Shown here: piece by piece, positions 41,257 through 51,548 of the stretch
Numbering within the stretch: the first letter of the stretch is position 1
How the letters are laid out: the number at the start of each line of letters is the position of its first letter
Assembly (NCBI GenBank): GCA_043758105.1
Contig: JAYVOF010000038.1
Coordinates: forward strand, 864 to 64,863
Source of the DNA: Rhodospirillales bacterium
GTDB taxonomy: Bacteria > Pseudomonadota > Alphaproteobacteria > Acetobacterales > Acetobacteraceae
Reading direction: 5' to 3'
Length of the DNA stretch: 64,000 nt
Program-made: the position numbers and the translations under genes
Notes under the pieces: generated by a model
What the model was told of the DNA's origin: nothing
What the model saw: the letters and a program-made list of their open reading frames with translations, nothing else
Database searches by the model: none

Positions 41257-42389
41257 CGCCCGCTCTCCCAGCCGGGCTCGGTGCGGGAGCGGCGTTTGGT
41301 CAGTGCCAGCAGCATGCCCACGCCCAGCGCCACCGCCAGCACGGAGCTGCCGCCATAGCTGATGAACGGCAGCGTCATGCCCTTGGTCGGGATCAGATGC
41401 AGCGAGGACGCCATGTTGACGAACGCCTGCAGCCCGAAGCTGGTGACCAGCCCCGCCGAGGCCAGTACCACGAACAAATCCCCCTCCGCCAACTGCCGCA
41501 ACAAGCCGCGCAGCACGATGAAGCCGAACAGGCCCAGCACCAGCACGCACACCACCAGGCCAAATTCCTCGCCCAGCACGGCGAACACGAAATCCGCATG
41601 CGCGTCCGGCAGAATGTCCTTCACCCGGCCCTCGCCGGGGCCGCGGCCCATCAGCCCGCCATTGGCGAACGCCTCCAGCGCCGTGTTGACCTGATAGCTG
41701 TCACCGGACGCCGGGTCGAGGAACCGGGTCACCCGGCTGCGGACGTGTGGGAAGAAGCTATAGGCGCCGGCAGCCGCCGCCACGATGCCTCCCGCGGCCA
41801 CGCCGACCAGCATGAGATTCAGGCCGTTGATGAATAGCTGCACGAAGAACACCGCCACCACGACCGCCAGCATCCCCATGTCCGGCTGCGCCTTCAGCAA
41901 CAGCGCGATCACCACGAATACGGCGGCGGATAGGAGGGTGCCGGGGAATTGGCGGATGCGGTGGCCCTCGCTCAACAGCCAGGCGGTGACGACGGCGAAG
42001 CAGGGTTTCAGGAACTCGCTCGGCTGCAAGCTCATGCCCGGCAGCGCGATCCAGCGCCGGGCGCCCTTGATCTCGACGCCGGCGACCAGCGTCAGCGCGG
42101 TGAGGATGATGGCGGCGAGGCACCCGAGCAATGCCAGGCGACGGACGCCGCGCGGGGACAGCAACGACACGCCGACCACAACCGCGCCGGCCAAGGCCAG
42201 GAACACCACCTGTTTGAAAATAAACACGTCGCGCGGCACGTGAATGCGCTCGGCCACCGCGGGCGAGGCCGACAGCATCATGATGTAGCCGAAGCCGATC
42301 AGCGCGCAGACCGCGACGAGCGTCCAGCGATCGACCGTCCACCACCAGCGGCCGAGGACCGAATTGTCGGTGCGGGAGAGTGCCGGCAT
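41253..42389 (-). CDS. ftsW: peptidoglycan glycosyltransferase FtsW (SEDS family)
   Basis: A polytopic membrane protein with PSEFLK, LPDAHADFVFAVLGEEFG and GMTLPFISYGGSS. It sits between murD and murG. Confidence 0.85.
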   Translation of the reverse strand: MPALSRTDNSVLGRWWWTVDRWTLVAVCALIGFGYIMMLSASPAVAERIHVPRDVFIFKQVVFLALAGAVVVGVSLLSPRGVRRLALLGCLAAIILTALTLVAGVEIKGARRWIALPGMSLQPSEFLKPCFAVVTAWLLSEGHRIRQFPGTLLSAAVFVVIALLLKAQPDMGMLAVVVAVFFVQLFINGLNLMLVGVAAGGIVAAAAGAYSFFPHVRSRVTRFLDPASGDSYQVNTALEAFANGGLMGRGPGEGRVKDILPDAHADFVFAVLGEEFGLVVCVLVLGLFGFIVLRGLLRQLAEGDLFVVLASAGLVTSFGLQAFVNMASSLHLIPTKGMTLPFISYGGSSVLAVALGVGMLLALTKRRSRTEPGWESGR

Positions 42390-43681
42390 CAGGCGGCCTC
42401 CCTCACCAAATCGGCGAAGCGGTCGCCGCGGGCTTCGAAGCCACTGAATTGGTCGAAGCTGGCGCAGGCCGGAGAGAGCAGCACCGCCTCCGCCTGCAGA
42501 TCATGCGCCAAGCCGCGCGCCATCGGCACGGCGCGGTCCAGCGTGTCCGCCATCGTATAGGGTATGCCGGACGCGTCCAGCGTGCGGGCCAGGGCCGGCG
42601 CGTCTTGGCCGATCAGCACGGCATGGGCGACGCGGTGCAGCAGCGGACGCAGATTTTCGATCCCGCCCGCCTTGGCCTGGCCGCCGGCGATCCACACCAC
42701 CCGCGCGTAGCATTCCAGCGCGCGCGCGGCAGCGTCCGCGTTGGTGGCCTTGCTGTCGTTGATCCAGGCGACACCGTGCTGCACCGCCACACGCTGCTGC
42801 CGGTGCCGCAGGCCTTGGAACGACGCGATCCCGGCGGCGATCGCCTCGCGGCTAACGCCCAGGGCGCTCGCCACGGCGGCCGCGGCGGCGGCGTTTTGCG
42901 CGTTATGGGTGCCGGGCAGGCAAGGGGCCTCGGTCATCGGCAGCAACGGGCCGTCTTGGTCGGTCAGTATGCCGGCGTTACACCACACATCGGCGGGCTG
43001 ATGGCCGGAGATGGTGCGGGCGCCGGTTTCGTGCGCGGCCGTGGCGCTAAAGGGATCATCGATGCCGATCACGGCAATGCCATGCCGGTCGAAAATATGC
43101 AGCTTGGCGGCGATGTAGCCGATCATGTCGCCATGACGGTCCAGATGGTCCGGCGACAGGTTCAGCAGCACCGCCACGTCGAACCGCAGCGTCATCAGGC
43201 GTTCCAACATGTAGGACGACATCTCCAGCACATAGACGCCGCCCGGGCCCAGACTCGGGAGTGCCAAGGCGGCGACACCCAGATTGCCCCCCGCCGCCGC
43301 CGCTATGCCAGCGTTAACGAGGATATGGGTGATCAGCGCCGTGGTGGTACTTTTGCCGTTGGTGCCGGTGACACCCACGAACCGGGTCTGCGGCTCGGCC
43401 TGATACAGCAATTCGGCGTCCGACAGGATGGGAATGCCAGCCGCCCGCGCCGCGATCGCCGCCGGATGGGGGGTGGGCAAATGGTGCGGAATGCCCGGCG
43501 ACAGCACCAGCGCGTCGAACCCGGCATAGCCCAGCGCCGGGTCATGCGGCTCGAGGTCATCCGGGATGTGGCGGTCATCCCAGACCCGCACCGTGGCGCC
43601 GCGGGCGATCAACCCATGCGCCACCGGCAGGCCATTCCGCCCTAATCCGACGACAGCATATTTTTTCCCGGCGAAGCTCAT
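42389..43681 (-). CDS. murD: UDP-N-acetylmuramoylalanine--D-glutamate ligase
   Basis: GVTGTNGKSTTT, NLSPDHLDRHG and INDSKATN are MurD blocks. The stop overlaps the ftsW start (TGATG). Confidence 0.9.
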   Translation of the reverse strand: MSFAGKKYAVVGLGRNGLPVAHGLIARGATVRVWDDRHIPDDLEPHDPALGYAGFDALVLSPGIPHHLPTPHPAAIAARAAGIPILSDAELLYQAEPQTRFVGVTGTNGKSTTTALITHILVNAGIAAAAGGNLGVAALALPSLGPGGVYVLEMSSYMLERLMTLRFDVAVLLNLSPDHLDRHGDMIGYIAAKLHIFDRHGIAVIGIDDPFSATAAHETGARTISGHQPADVWCNAGILTDQDGPLLPMTEAPCLPGTHNAQNAAAAAAVASALGVSREAIAAGIASFQGLRHRQQRVAVQHGVAWINDSKATNADAAARALECYARVVWIAGGQAKAGGIENLRPLLHRVAHAVLIGQDAPALARTLDASGIPYTMADTLDRAVPMARGLAHDLQAEAVLLSPACASFDQFSGFEARGDRFADLVREAA

Positions 43682-43739
43682 GTCCCTGCCGCGCTGAGGA
43701 TAAAATTTGGCGGCGAGTAACCCCTGAATTTAAGGAAGA

Positions 43740-43845
43740 GGCCGCCAAGACACCAAGACGCCAAGGGTGTGGACCGATGGCCGTCCCAGCGAAACGGGAG
43801 CAGAGCCCTTGGCGTCCTTCTTGGTGTCTTGGCGTCTTGGCGGCC
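43740..43845. repeat. long imperfect inverted repeat built from CCAAGAC/GTCTTGG units
   Basis: GGCCGCCAAGACACCAAGACGCCAAGGG ... 38 nt ... CCCTTGGCGTCCTTCTTGGTGTCTTGGCGTCTTGGCGGCC, in the murD-mraY (transcript order mraY to murD) intergenic gap. Confidence 0.75.
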
Positions 43846-43892
43846 ACTTGTCAGCCGTTGACGACGGGACTCGCCGGGTCCGTGAAGCGCGC

Positions 43893-44981
43893 TCATCGCA
43901 GCTTCAAGGTGGCCAGACCCACCAAGGCGAGAATCATGGAGACGATCCAAAAGCGTATCACGATGGTGGGCTCGGCCCAGCCCTTCTTCTCGAAATGATG
44001 GTGCAGCGGGGCCATCAGGAACACCCGGCGCCCGGTGCGCTTGAACCAGAACACCTGGATGATGACGCTCACCGTCTCTACCACGAACAGGCCGCCGACG
44101 ATGGCCAGGACGATCTCATGCTTGGTCGCGACCGCCACGGCGCCGAGCGCCCCGCCCAACGCGAGGCTGCCGGTATCGCCCATGAACACCGCGGCCGGCG
44201 GCGCGTTGAACCACAGGAAGCCGAGCCCGGCACCGATCAAGGCGGACAGGAAGATCGCCAATTCGCCCACGCCGGCGACCGGATGGATCTGCAAGTAATC
44301 CGCAAAAATCCGGTTGCCGACGATATAGGCGATCAGCGCGAACACCCCCGCCGCGATGATGGTCGGTACGATCGCCAGGCCGTCCAGCCCGTCGGTCAAA
44401 TTCACCGCATTGCTCGCGCCGATCATCACGAACATGCCCACCAGCGGAAAGCCGAAGCTGAGCGGGATCAGCACCTCCTTGAACACCGGAATCGTGAGCC
44501 CGGTGCTGAGCGGCCCGCGGGTCAGCACCATGATCCACAGCGCGCAGCCGAGACCCAGGACCAATTGCGCCACGAGCTTGCCGCGGGCCGAGACGCCCCT
44601 GGTGTTGCGGCGGGACAGTTTCAGGAAATCATCGACGAACCCAACCGCGCCATAGCCGAGCGTCAGCAGCAGCACGGCCCAAACATAGCCATTGCCCAGA
44701 TCCGCCCAGAACAGCGTGCTGGCGGTGAGCGACATCAGGATCAGCACGCCGCCCATGGTGGGCGTGCCCTTTTTCTCGATCAAATGCCGGGCTGGGCCGT
44801 CCTCGCGGATGGGCTGACCGCCATTCTGCACGGATTTCAACCAGCGGATCACCATGGGGCCAAGCCATAGCGTCACGAACAAAGAGGTCAGGCAGGCCGC
44901 ACCCGCGCGGAACGTGATGTAACGGAACAAATTCGAAAGCACGAACTCGCCTGCGAATTGGCGTGATAGAAAGACCAGCAT
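43893..44981 (-). CDS. mraY: phospho-N-acetylmuramoyl-pentapeptide transferase
   Basis: [34 protein letters not shown] and APLHHHFE. Confidence 0.95.
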   Translation of the reverse strand: MLVFLSRQFAGEFVLSNLFRYITFRAGAACLTSLFVTLWLGPMVIRWLKSVQNGGQPIREDGPARHLIEKKGTPTMGGVLILMSLTASTLFWADLGNGYVWAVLLLTLGYGAVGFVDDFLKLSRRNTRGVSARGKLVAQLVLGLGCALWIMVLTRGPLSTGLTIPVFKEVLIPLSFGFPLVGMFVMIGASNAVNLTDGLDGLAIVPTIIAAGVFALIAYIVGNRIFADYLQIHPVAGVGELAIFLSALIGAGLGFLWFNAPPAAVFMGDTGSLALGGALGAVAVATKHEIVLAIVGGLFVVETVSVIIQVFWFKRTGRRVFLMAPLHHHFEKKGWAEPTIVIRFWIVSMILALVGLATLKLR

Positions 44982-46318
44982 CAGCCCAAACCCCCGGGCC
45001 TTTGACCCAACTCACTTACCACCGCCCGCATGTTGCTGCCGAGGCTGCCCTTGACCAGCACCGTATCGCCGGGTTGCAGGCCGGCCCTCACCATCGGTGC
45101 CAACGCCACGCTATCGGCCGCATACGCCCCGCGCAGTGCGGACGGCACGGCGTCATACAGATTCCGCATCAGCGGGCCGCACGCATACAGCGTCTCGACC
45201 GAGTCGGCCACCGCTTCTGCTAACTTCAGGTGTTCGGCGACGCCGAAGCTGCCGAGCTCCAGCATGTCCCCGAGCACCGCCACCCGCCGCCCCGGTAAAT
45301 CCCGCAACACCGCGAGCGCCGCCCGGACGGAGGCCCCGCTGGCGTTATAGCTCTCATCCAGCAGGGTGATGCCGCCCGGCAGCGTGCGCAGTTGTCCCCG
45401 TCCGGACACCGGGGCGAACCCATCCAGCGCGGCGGCAGCGCGCACCGGGTCGAGCCCCAGGGCGGCGCAAACGGCCAACGCGGCGGCGGCGTTCATCGCC
45501 ATGTGCGCGCCCCGTGCGGCCAGGCGGAACCGCACCGGCACGCCCCGCACGTCCGCGATCACATCCTCGGTGGACGACAATAGACGCACCCCGGCCAATC
45601 CCGTGCTGCCGAAAGTCCGGATCACCCGGCCCGGCGCCCGCGCGGCCATGCGGTCAAAGAACGGGCTCTCGGCCGGCAGCACGCCGACCCCGTCCGGGGC
45701 GAGTGCCGCCAGCAGTGCGGCTTTCTCGTCCGCGATGGCGTCGAGGCTGCCCATATGGCCGATATGCGTGGCGGCGATGGTGGTGATGAGCGCCACGTGC
45801 GGGGCCACCATGGCGGCCAGCGGCGCGATCTCACCGGGATGGTTCATGCCGATCTCGGCCACGCAAAACATGGCGTCCGGCGGCAGCCGCGCGAGGGTGA
45901 GGGGGACGCCCCAATGGTTGTTATAGGACGCCTCCGCCGCATGGGCCGGGCCGAAGGCGGATAGGGCGGCTCGGAGCATTTCCTTGGTCGTGGTCTTGCC
46001 GACGCTGCCGGTGACGGCCACCATCCGCCCCTGAAACCGGGCCCGCCCGGCCCGGCCCAGCGCCTGCAATCCGGCCAGGGTGTCCGGGACCCTGAGCGTG
46101 GCACCGTCCATGTCCTGATGCACCAGCGCCCCGGACGCCCCGCGCCGAAACGCCTCCGCCACATGCGCATGCCCGTCCGTCTCACCTTGCAACGCCACGA
46201 ACAGGTCACCGGGCTGCAGCGTGCGGGTGTCGATGGAAATGCCGGTGGCCTCGAACGGGATGGCCATGACGCCGCCGGTCGCCGCCAGCAGCTCGGGCGC
46301 GGTCCATTTCATGCGCAT
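44981..46318 (-). CDS. murF: UDP-N-acetylmuramoyl-tripeptide--D-alanyl-D-alanine ligase
   Basis: [27 protein letters not shown] and DESYNAS. The start is ATG 46318 or 46312; the longer track ORF runs into an intergenic palindrome. Confidence 0.85.
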   Translation of the reverse strand: MRMKWTAPELLAATGGVMAIPFEATGISIDTRTLQPGDLFVALQGETDGHAHVAEAFRRGASGALVHQDMDGATLRVPDTLAGLQALGRAGRARFQGRMVAVTGSVGKTTTKEMLRAALSAFGPAHAAEASYNNHWGVPLTLARLPPDAMFCVAEIGMNHPGEIAPLAAMVAPHVALITTIAATHIGHMGSLDAIADEKAALLAALAPDGVGVLPAESPFFDRMAARAPGRVIRTFGSTGLAGVRLLSSTEDVIADVRGVPVRFRLAARGAHMAMNAAAALAVCAALGLDPVRAAAALDGFAPVSGRGQLRTLPGGITLLDESYNASGASVRAALAVLRDLPGRRVAVLGDMLELGSFGVAEHLKLAEAVADSVETLYACGPLMRNLYDAVPSALRGAYAADSVALAPMVRAGLQPGDTVLVKGSLGSNMRAVVSELGQRPGGLG

Positions 46319-46344
46319 TGCCCCGAGGATCGACCGCGGCCCGG

Positions 46345-46420
46345 ATGGTGGGTTGCCCAAGCGCAACGAACCCTACGATGTGGTTCCCGTAGGGTGGGTT
46401 GCGCTTGGGCAACCCACCAT
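46345..46420. repeat. REP/BIME-like inverted pair
   Basis: ATGGTGGGTTGCCCAAGCGCAACGAACCCTACG, a 10-nt spacer, then CGTAGGGTGGGTTGCGCTTGGGCAACCCACCAT. The arms match 31/33 by hand. Each arm is itself a hairpin (GGGTTGC...GCAACCC). It lies in the murE-murF gap. Confidence 0.85.
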
Positions 46421-46454
46421 GTGGCACGCAGGACATCTGACCGAGCCGCGGGCC

Positions 46455-47852
46455 TCACAGCAACCGTCGCACGGTTTGCACGTCGTCGAATGGGATCGTC
46501 TCGGTGCCGATGGTCTGGCCCTGCTCATGGCCCTTACCGGCGATCGCCAGGACGTCACCGGGGCGGAGGTCGTGCAACGCCGCGCCGATCGCCGCCGCGC
46601 GGTCACCGATCTCGCGGGCGCCGGGGCAGGCGGCGAGGATGGCGGCGCGGATGCTGGCCGGGGGCTCACTGCGCGGATTGTCATCGGTGACGGTAACCCG
46701 GTCCGCGTCCCGGGCGGCCTGACCCATCAATGGCCGCTTGCCCCGGTCCCGGTCCCCGCCGGCACCGAACACCAAATGCAGCCGGCCGGTGGTGTGCGGG
46801 CGCAGGGCGGCGATCAGCCGGGTCAGCGCGTCCGGCGTGTGGGCGTAATCGACATAGACCGCCGCCCCGCTCGGCTCCGCCGCCAGCTCCATCCGCCCGC
46901 GCACGCCGGTGAGTTGCGGCAGCCGCAGCACCGCATCCGTCGTGCCGGTGACCATGGCGAGGCCCGCCGCCAGCAGCGCATTATCCGCCTGAAACCGGCC
47001 CGGCAGCGACAGGGTCACGCGGTGACGCCCGCCGCCGAAATCCAGATCCAGCGTCTGACCGCCCGGATGCGGCGTGACGTTCACCAGCCGGATCAGCGTC
47101 CCATTCACCCCCACCGTCTGGGCGTTACATGCCGCCAGCGTCTCCGGATCGAGGTCCGCCATCGCCACCCTGGGCGCACCGTCCGGCAACAACTCCCTGA
47201 ATAGGCGGAGTTTGGCATCCCGGTAGGCGCCGAGCGTGCCGTGATAATCCATGTGGTCGCGCGTGAGATTGGTGAACCCGGCCGCACTCAGCCGCACGCC
47301 GTCGAGGCGGTATTGCGCGAGGCCGTGCGACGATGCCTCGATCGCCGCGGCCGTCACCCCATCCCGCGCCAGCCGGGCCAGGGTCTCGGCGAGCGTCACC
47401 GGGTCCGGCGTCGTGAGCCCGGCACCGCCGCGTTCGCCGGGCGCAATCACACCCAGCGTGCCAAGGCTCGCCGCGCGCTGACCGGTGTTCGTCAGGATTT
47501 GCCGCACGAATTCGACCGTGCTGGTCTTTCCGTTGGTGCCGGTGACCGCGATGATCGTCGCCGGCTGCGGCCCGGCCTGGAGCGCCGCCAGCCGGGCCAA
47601 GGCGCGGCGCGGCTCCGGATCTAGGATTAGCGGCCGGGCCGGCACGGCGTCGGGCCAGACGGTGCCGGACGGGGCCAGCACCGCCGCCGCCCCGCGCGCC
47701 ACCGCGTCGGCGATAAACGCCCGGCCATCGTGATGCGTGCCCGGCAGCGCCGCATACAGCATGCCGGGCCGCACGGCGCGGCTGTCCGCGGTGATGCCGG
47801 TCAGCGCGTCCGGCATTCCGGCGGGCGCTGCGATGCCGAGCGCGTGCAGCAT
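46455..47852 (-). CDS. murE: UDP-N-acetylmuramoyl-L-alanyl-D-glutamate--2,6-diaminopimelate ligase
   Basis: ITADSRAVRPGMLYAAL, VTGTNGKTS, VDYAHTPDAL and DNPR. ATG 47850-47852 lies 1 nt after the ftsI stop. Confidence 0.9.
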   Translation of the reverse strand: MLHALGIAAPAGMPDALTGITADSRAVRPGMLYAALPGTHHDGRAFIADAVARGAAAVLAPSGTVWPDAVPARPLILDPEPRRALARLAALQAGPQPATIIAVTGTNGKTSTVEFVRQILTNTGQRAASLGTLGVIAPGERGGAGLTTPDPVTLAETLARLARDGVTAAAIEASSHGLAQYRLDGVRLSAAGFTNLTRDHMDYHGTLGAYRDAKLRLFRELLPDGAPRVAMADLDPETLAACNAQTVGVNGTLIRLVNVTPHPGGQTLDLDFGGGRHRVTLSLPGRFQADNALLAAGLAMVTGTTDAVLRLPQLTGVRGRMELAAEPSGAAVYVDYAHTPDALTRLIAALRPHTTGRLHLVFGAGGDRDRGKRPLMGQAARDADRVTVTDDNPRSEPPASIRAAILAACPGAREIGDRAAAIGAALHDLRPGDVLAIAGKGHEQGQTIGTETIPFDDVQTVRRLL

Positions 47853-47853
47853 G

Positions 47854-49821
47854 TCAGCGGGCCGCGACGGCGGAGCCATGCTCGGCCTCCCGCCGAGGCG
47901 GCGGCTCATGCGGACTGCGCGCTATGGGGCTGGTAAACGGGGGGCTGGTAAACGGGGGGCTGGTAAGCGGGGGGCTGGTAAGCGGGGCGGGCGTTACCGG
48001 CGCTGGCGGGACGGGCGCGGCCCCACCCGTGTAGCCATGGCCGGGCTGTAGCGGCATCGTGAGCGTCGCCTGAATGGCGGCCGCCTGCGTGGTCTCGGGC
48101 ATTATGCCCAGCATCGGGCCGATGCGCGCAATAACGCGGCCCGCCGCGGGGGCACTCACGGCACCAGCGGTAGAATAGCCACCCGTGCTGGCATTCCCCT
48201 TCGGCTCGTCCAGCATGAAATACACGGCATAGCGTGGCGCGTTCATGGGGAAAACCGACATGAAGGCGCTGATGTTGGCGTGCTTTTTATACCCATGCGC
48301 CGAAGACTTCTCTGCCGTCCCGGTCTTGCCACCGACGAAATAGCCCGGCACGTCCGCCGGCTTGCCATAGCCGTCGGTCACGACGAGGCGCATGAGCTTC
48401 CGCAGGATGTCGCTTGTGCCGGGTTTCATCACGCGAATACCCTCCACCCGGTCCCCGGTCTCGGATGCGAGGATGGTTGGTTTCAGCACGAAACCGCCAT
48501 TCGCCAGCGCCGCGGTGCCGCGCACGACATGCAAGGGTGAGACGGCGATCCCGTGGCCGAAGCCCACGGTCATGGTCGCGACCTCTTTCCAATTGGCCGC
48601 CGGCTGCACGATCGGTTGGCCCTGCTCCGGCAGCTCGATGCCGACGCGGGTAAACATGCCCATCGCCTGCAGCCAGGAGCGCTGCCGCTCCGTGCCGACC
48701 GCCTGCGCGATATGCGCCGCGCCCAGATTGCTCGAATAGGCGATCACTTCGGGCAATTGCAGCACGCGATGCTTGCCCTCGAAGTCGGAGATCGTGAACC
48801 GTCCGATCTTGATATCGTGCGCCGCGTCGAAGCTGCTCCAGAGCTGTGCCGCACCACTATCGAGCGCCATGGCGGCAGTCTGTAGTTTGAACGTGCTGCC
48901 GGGCTCGTACATGCCGGTCAGCGCCCGGTTGAACCGCTCCTCCTGGGTCGCTTCGCCGGGCTTGTTGGCGTCGAAATCCGGCAGGCTCACCATGGTGATG
49001 ACCTCGCCGGTGCGGACGTCCATGACGATGCCGCAGCCGCCGATGGCCTGAAATTCGGTCATGGCGCGCGTGAGCTCGTCCCGCACCACGGCCTGAACTC
49101 GCACGTCGATCGAGAGGCGGAGCGGGGTTTGGTCCTCATGCAGCCGCTGCTCGAACGCGCGCTCCGCCCCGGCCACGCCGTGCGCGTCCACGTCCACGTT
49201 ACCGACGATGTGCGCCGCGACCCGGCCCTGCGGATACCGCCGGCGCTCCGTCTGCTCGAAATAGACGCCGGGGATTCCCAGGTTGTTGATCGCCAGTTGC
49301 TCACGCGGCGCCAAATTGCGGGCGAGATAGACGAAGCCCTTGTCGCTGGCGAGGCGGGTGCGGATGGTGGACAAATCCAGCCGCGGCAGGGCGGCCTTGA
49401 GCTTCGCCGCGGCCTCCGCCGTGTCGATCATCTCGCGGGGGTTGGCGTAGAGCGCGGAGGTCGGCAACGAGACGGCGAGGACGATGCCGTTGCGGTCCAC
49501 GATGGTGGCGCGGGTACGGGTGTTCGCCAGCGGTGCGTCGGTGGGCGCCGGGGCTTCGGCCGCGGCCAGGGTGGTCTGCACGTCCGGCAGCCGGGTCAGG
49601 CGGTCCAAATGCTTGGACTGGACCGGGAACAGCACGGTGGCGCCGGCCAATTTCATGATCAGCGCGAGGAACAGGAACGAAAACCCGCCGGCGGCCACCA
49701 CCAGCCGCCCACGGGTCTTTTCCAAGACCGCCCGCCGCTGCAAATCGGGTGCCGTCACGCGGACCATCTGCATGCGCGGCTCGGTGCCCCGTGCGGAATC
49801 CGGAGCGGGCTCCCGCGTCAT
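47854..49821 (-). CDS. ftsI: peptidoglycan D,D-transpeptidase FtsI (PBP3)
   Basis: N-terminal TM anchor, the transpeptidase motifs STFK (EPGSTFKL), SSN and KTGT (GKTGTAEK). The low-complexity C-terminal tail contains a 15-bp tandem repeat. Confidence 0.9.
   Translation of the reverse strand: MTREPAPDSARGTEPRMQMVRVTAPDLQRRAVLEKTRGRLVVAAGGFSFLFLALIMKLAGATVLFPVQSKHLDRLTRLPDVQTTLAAAEAPAPTDAPLANTRTRATIVDRNGIVLAVSLPTSALYANPREMIDTAEAAAKLKAALPRLDLSTIRTRLASDKGFVYLARNLAPREQLAINNLGIPGVYFEQTERRRYPQGRVAAHIVGNVDVDAHGVAGAERAFEQRLHEDQTPLRLSIDVRVQAVVRDELTRAMTEFQAIGGCGIVMDVRTGEVITMVSLPDFDANKPGEATQEERFNRALTGMYEPGSTFKLQTAAMALDSGAAQLWSSFDAAHDIKIGRFTISDFEGKHRVLQLPEVIAYSSNLGAAHIAQAVGTERQRSWLQAMGMFTRVGIELPEQGQPIVQPAANWKEVATMTVGFGHGIAVSPLHVVRGTAALANGGFVLKPTILASETGDRVEGIRVMKPGTSDILRKLMRLVVTDGYGKPADVPGYFVGGKTGTAEKSSAHGYKKHANISAFMSVFPMNAPRYAVYFMLDEPKGNASTGGYSTAGAVSAPAAGRVIARIGPMLGIMPETTQAAAIQATLTMPLQPGHGYTGGAAPVPPAPVTPAPLTSPPLTSPPFTSPPFTSPIARSPHEPPPRREAEHGSAVAAR
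47926..47985. repeat. 15-bp tandem repeat x4 (plus one degenerate unit to 48000)
   Basis: GGGGCTGGTAAACGG x2 then GGGGCTGGTAAGCGG x2. It is in frame in the ftsI 3' end and encodes (L/F)TSPP x4. Confidence 0.9.
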
Positions 49822-49827
49822 GGGAGG

Positions 49828-50613
49828 CTACCGCCCGGCATAGGGGGTGGGGGGTGGCAGCGCCGGGCGTCCGCCGCCGAGGGCGGAAGTGCGCATGACG
49901 GCTTCGCCGATTGCGGTGGGCGAGGCGATCGGTGGTGGCGCGGCCGCGACCGGTTGCACGGGGGCCACCGGCGCGATCCGGGCGGCGGGGAGCGGGGCCG
50001 CCACGGGGACGGGCCGCGACGAAACGCTGGCCGCGGGGGGCGGCAAGGGCTGGCTCGTGATTTGCGGCCGCGGGGTATAGGACGGGTTCGGCAACGGCGA
50101 CGCTTGGGCCATCAGGATCGGGGCACGGACCGGCGGCACCGGCACCGCGGCCGGATCGTGTGTCGCGGGGCGCGGCGGGATGGCGCGTGCGGCAATCAAG
50201 ACGGGCGCCGGGCGAGTGACCTCGGGGGCTGGATGGGCCGGGGCGATAATGGGATGCAACTCGGCCACCACGGGCGCGGGCGGTTCCTCCTCCGTCGGCG
50301 GGGGCGCGAAGCTGCCGGGCGGGAGCGGGGCGGGCAGGCGGGCGCCCAGATCGGCCAGGGTCACGAACTGCGTGGGCGCCAGCGTGCGGAGGCCGCCGAG
50401 ATGTTGCTGAGACAAGGTGGACAGCCGCTCGGGCTCGTTTAGCAGCGCCCATTCGGCCCGGAGTGCCGTGGTCCGCTCGCGCACCGCCTCGGTCGCCTTC
50501 AACGTGTGGCCGATCTCGCGGTCCAGCAGCAGGGCGCGGTGCTTGGTCTGATAGACATACAGGCCGGAGCCGCAGGCGAGCAGCAGGCAGACGCAGGTGA
50601 AGGGGCGGATCAT
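49828..50613 (-). CDS. ftsL: cell division protein FtsL (alphaproteobacterial type) with a long Pro/Ala-rich tail
   Basis: A TM helix ([17 protein letters not shown]) followed by a coiled segment ...[20 protein letters not shown]. Its position between rsmH and ftsI, with ATGA overlap to rsmH, fits ftsL. Confidence 0.7.
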   Translation of the reverse strand: MIRPFTCVCLLLACGSGLYVYQTKHRALLLDREIGHTLKATEAVRERTTALRAEWALLNEPERLSTLSQQHLGGLRTLAPTQFVTLADLGARLPAPLPPGSFAPPPTEEEPPAPVVAELHPIIAPAHPAPEVTRPAPVLIAARAIPPRPATHDPAAVPVPPVRAPILMAQASPLPNPSYTPRPQITSQPLPPPAASVSSRPVPVAAPLPAARIAPVAPVQPVAAAPPPIASPTAIGEAVMRTSALGGGRPALPPPTPYAGR

Positions 50614-51548
50614 CGGGCGTCCTCATGTACGAGGCGGGAAAGCGCGCGCAGGCGGGCGCTGCGGGCGCGGGGGTTGGCGGCGGCTTCTTCGGGGCTGGGT
50701 CGCTCGGCGCCGGAGGTGAGGAGCGCGAATTCGGTGGTTTTGCGGTCCACCAGGCGGCCCGGATCATGCCGGGACGGACCCGGCGTGCGCCCGGCGGCGT
50801 TGACCATGAACCGCTTCACCAACCGGTCTTCCAACGAGTGGAACGACACCACCACCAGCCGGCCGCCCGGTGCGAGCAAGGCGGCGGCCTGGGTCAATGC
50901 CCGCTCGATCTCACCCAGCTCGTCATTCACCCGGATGCGCAGCGCCTGGAAGCTGCGCGTCGCCGGGTCGATGCCGGAGCCGTCTTTCGGCACCACGCCG
51001 CGGATCACGTCGGCCAGCGCCTGGGTGGTTTCGAGCGGCGCCAGCGTGCGCGCGGCGACGATGGCGCGGGCGATGCGGCGGGACAGCCGTTCCTCGCCGA
51101 ACTGATAGAGGGTGTCCGCGAGCTCCGCCTCGGGCAAGCGGTTCACGAGGTCGGCCGCGGTGGGCCCGGAGGCGGCCATCCGCATATCGAGCGGGCCGTC
51201 ATGGCGGAAGCTGAAACCGCGCCCGGGCTCGTCGATCTGGAACGAGGACACGCCGAGGTCCAATACGACGCCGTTCAGCGCGCCGATGCCGTATTCCGCC
51301 AGCAGTGCCACCATGTCGCCGAACCGGCCTTCCATCAAATGGAGCCGGCCCGGATATTGGGCCGCCAGGGCGGCGCCGCGGGCAATGGCGTCCGGGTCGC
51401 GGTCGATGGCGAACAAGGTGCAGGTCGCGGCGGCGAGGATTGCGGCCGCATAGCCGCCCCCGCCGAAAGTGCCGTCCAGCAGGACATCCCCCGGTTGTGG
51501 GGCCAGGTGGCGAAGCACATCAGGGAGCATGACCGGAATGTGGCTCAT
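50610..51548 (-). CDS. rsmH: 16S rRNA (cytosine1402-N4)-methyltransferase
   Basis: [38 protein letters not shown] and [11 protein letters not shown]. Confidence 0.9.
   Translation of the reverse strand: MSHIPVMLPDVLRHLAPQPGDVLLDGTFGGGGYAAAILAAATCTLFAIDRDPDAIARGAALAAQYPGRLHLMEGRFGDMVALLAEYGIGALNGVVLDLGVSSFQIDEPGRGFSFRHDGPLDMRMAASGPTAADLVNRLPEAELADTLYQFGEERLSRRIARAIVAARTLAPLETTQALADVIRGVVPKDGSGIDPATRSFQALRIRVNDELGEIERALTQAAALLAPGGRLVVVSFHSLEDRLVKRFMVNAAGRTPGPSRHDPGRLVDRKTTEFALLTSGAERPSPEEAAANPRARSARLRALSRLVHEDAR

Noticed and set aside
47926-47985. The tandem 15-bp repeats (also 55254..55322) were considered as a possible CRISPR or minisatellite array.
   Set aside because: The units are directly adjacent with no spacers, are only 15 bp long, and sit in frame inside ftsI and the AsmA-family gene. 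They are not a CRISPR array.
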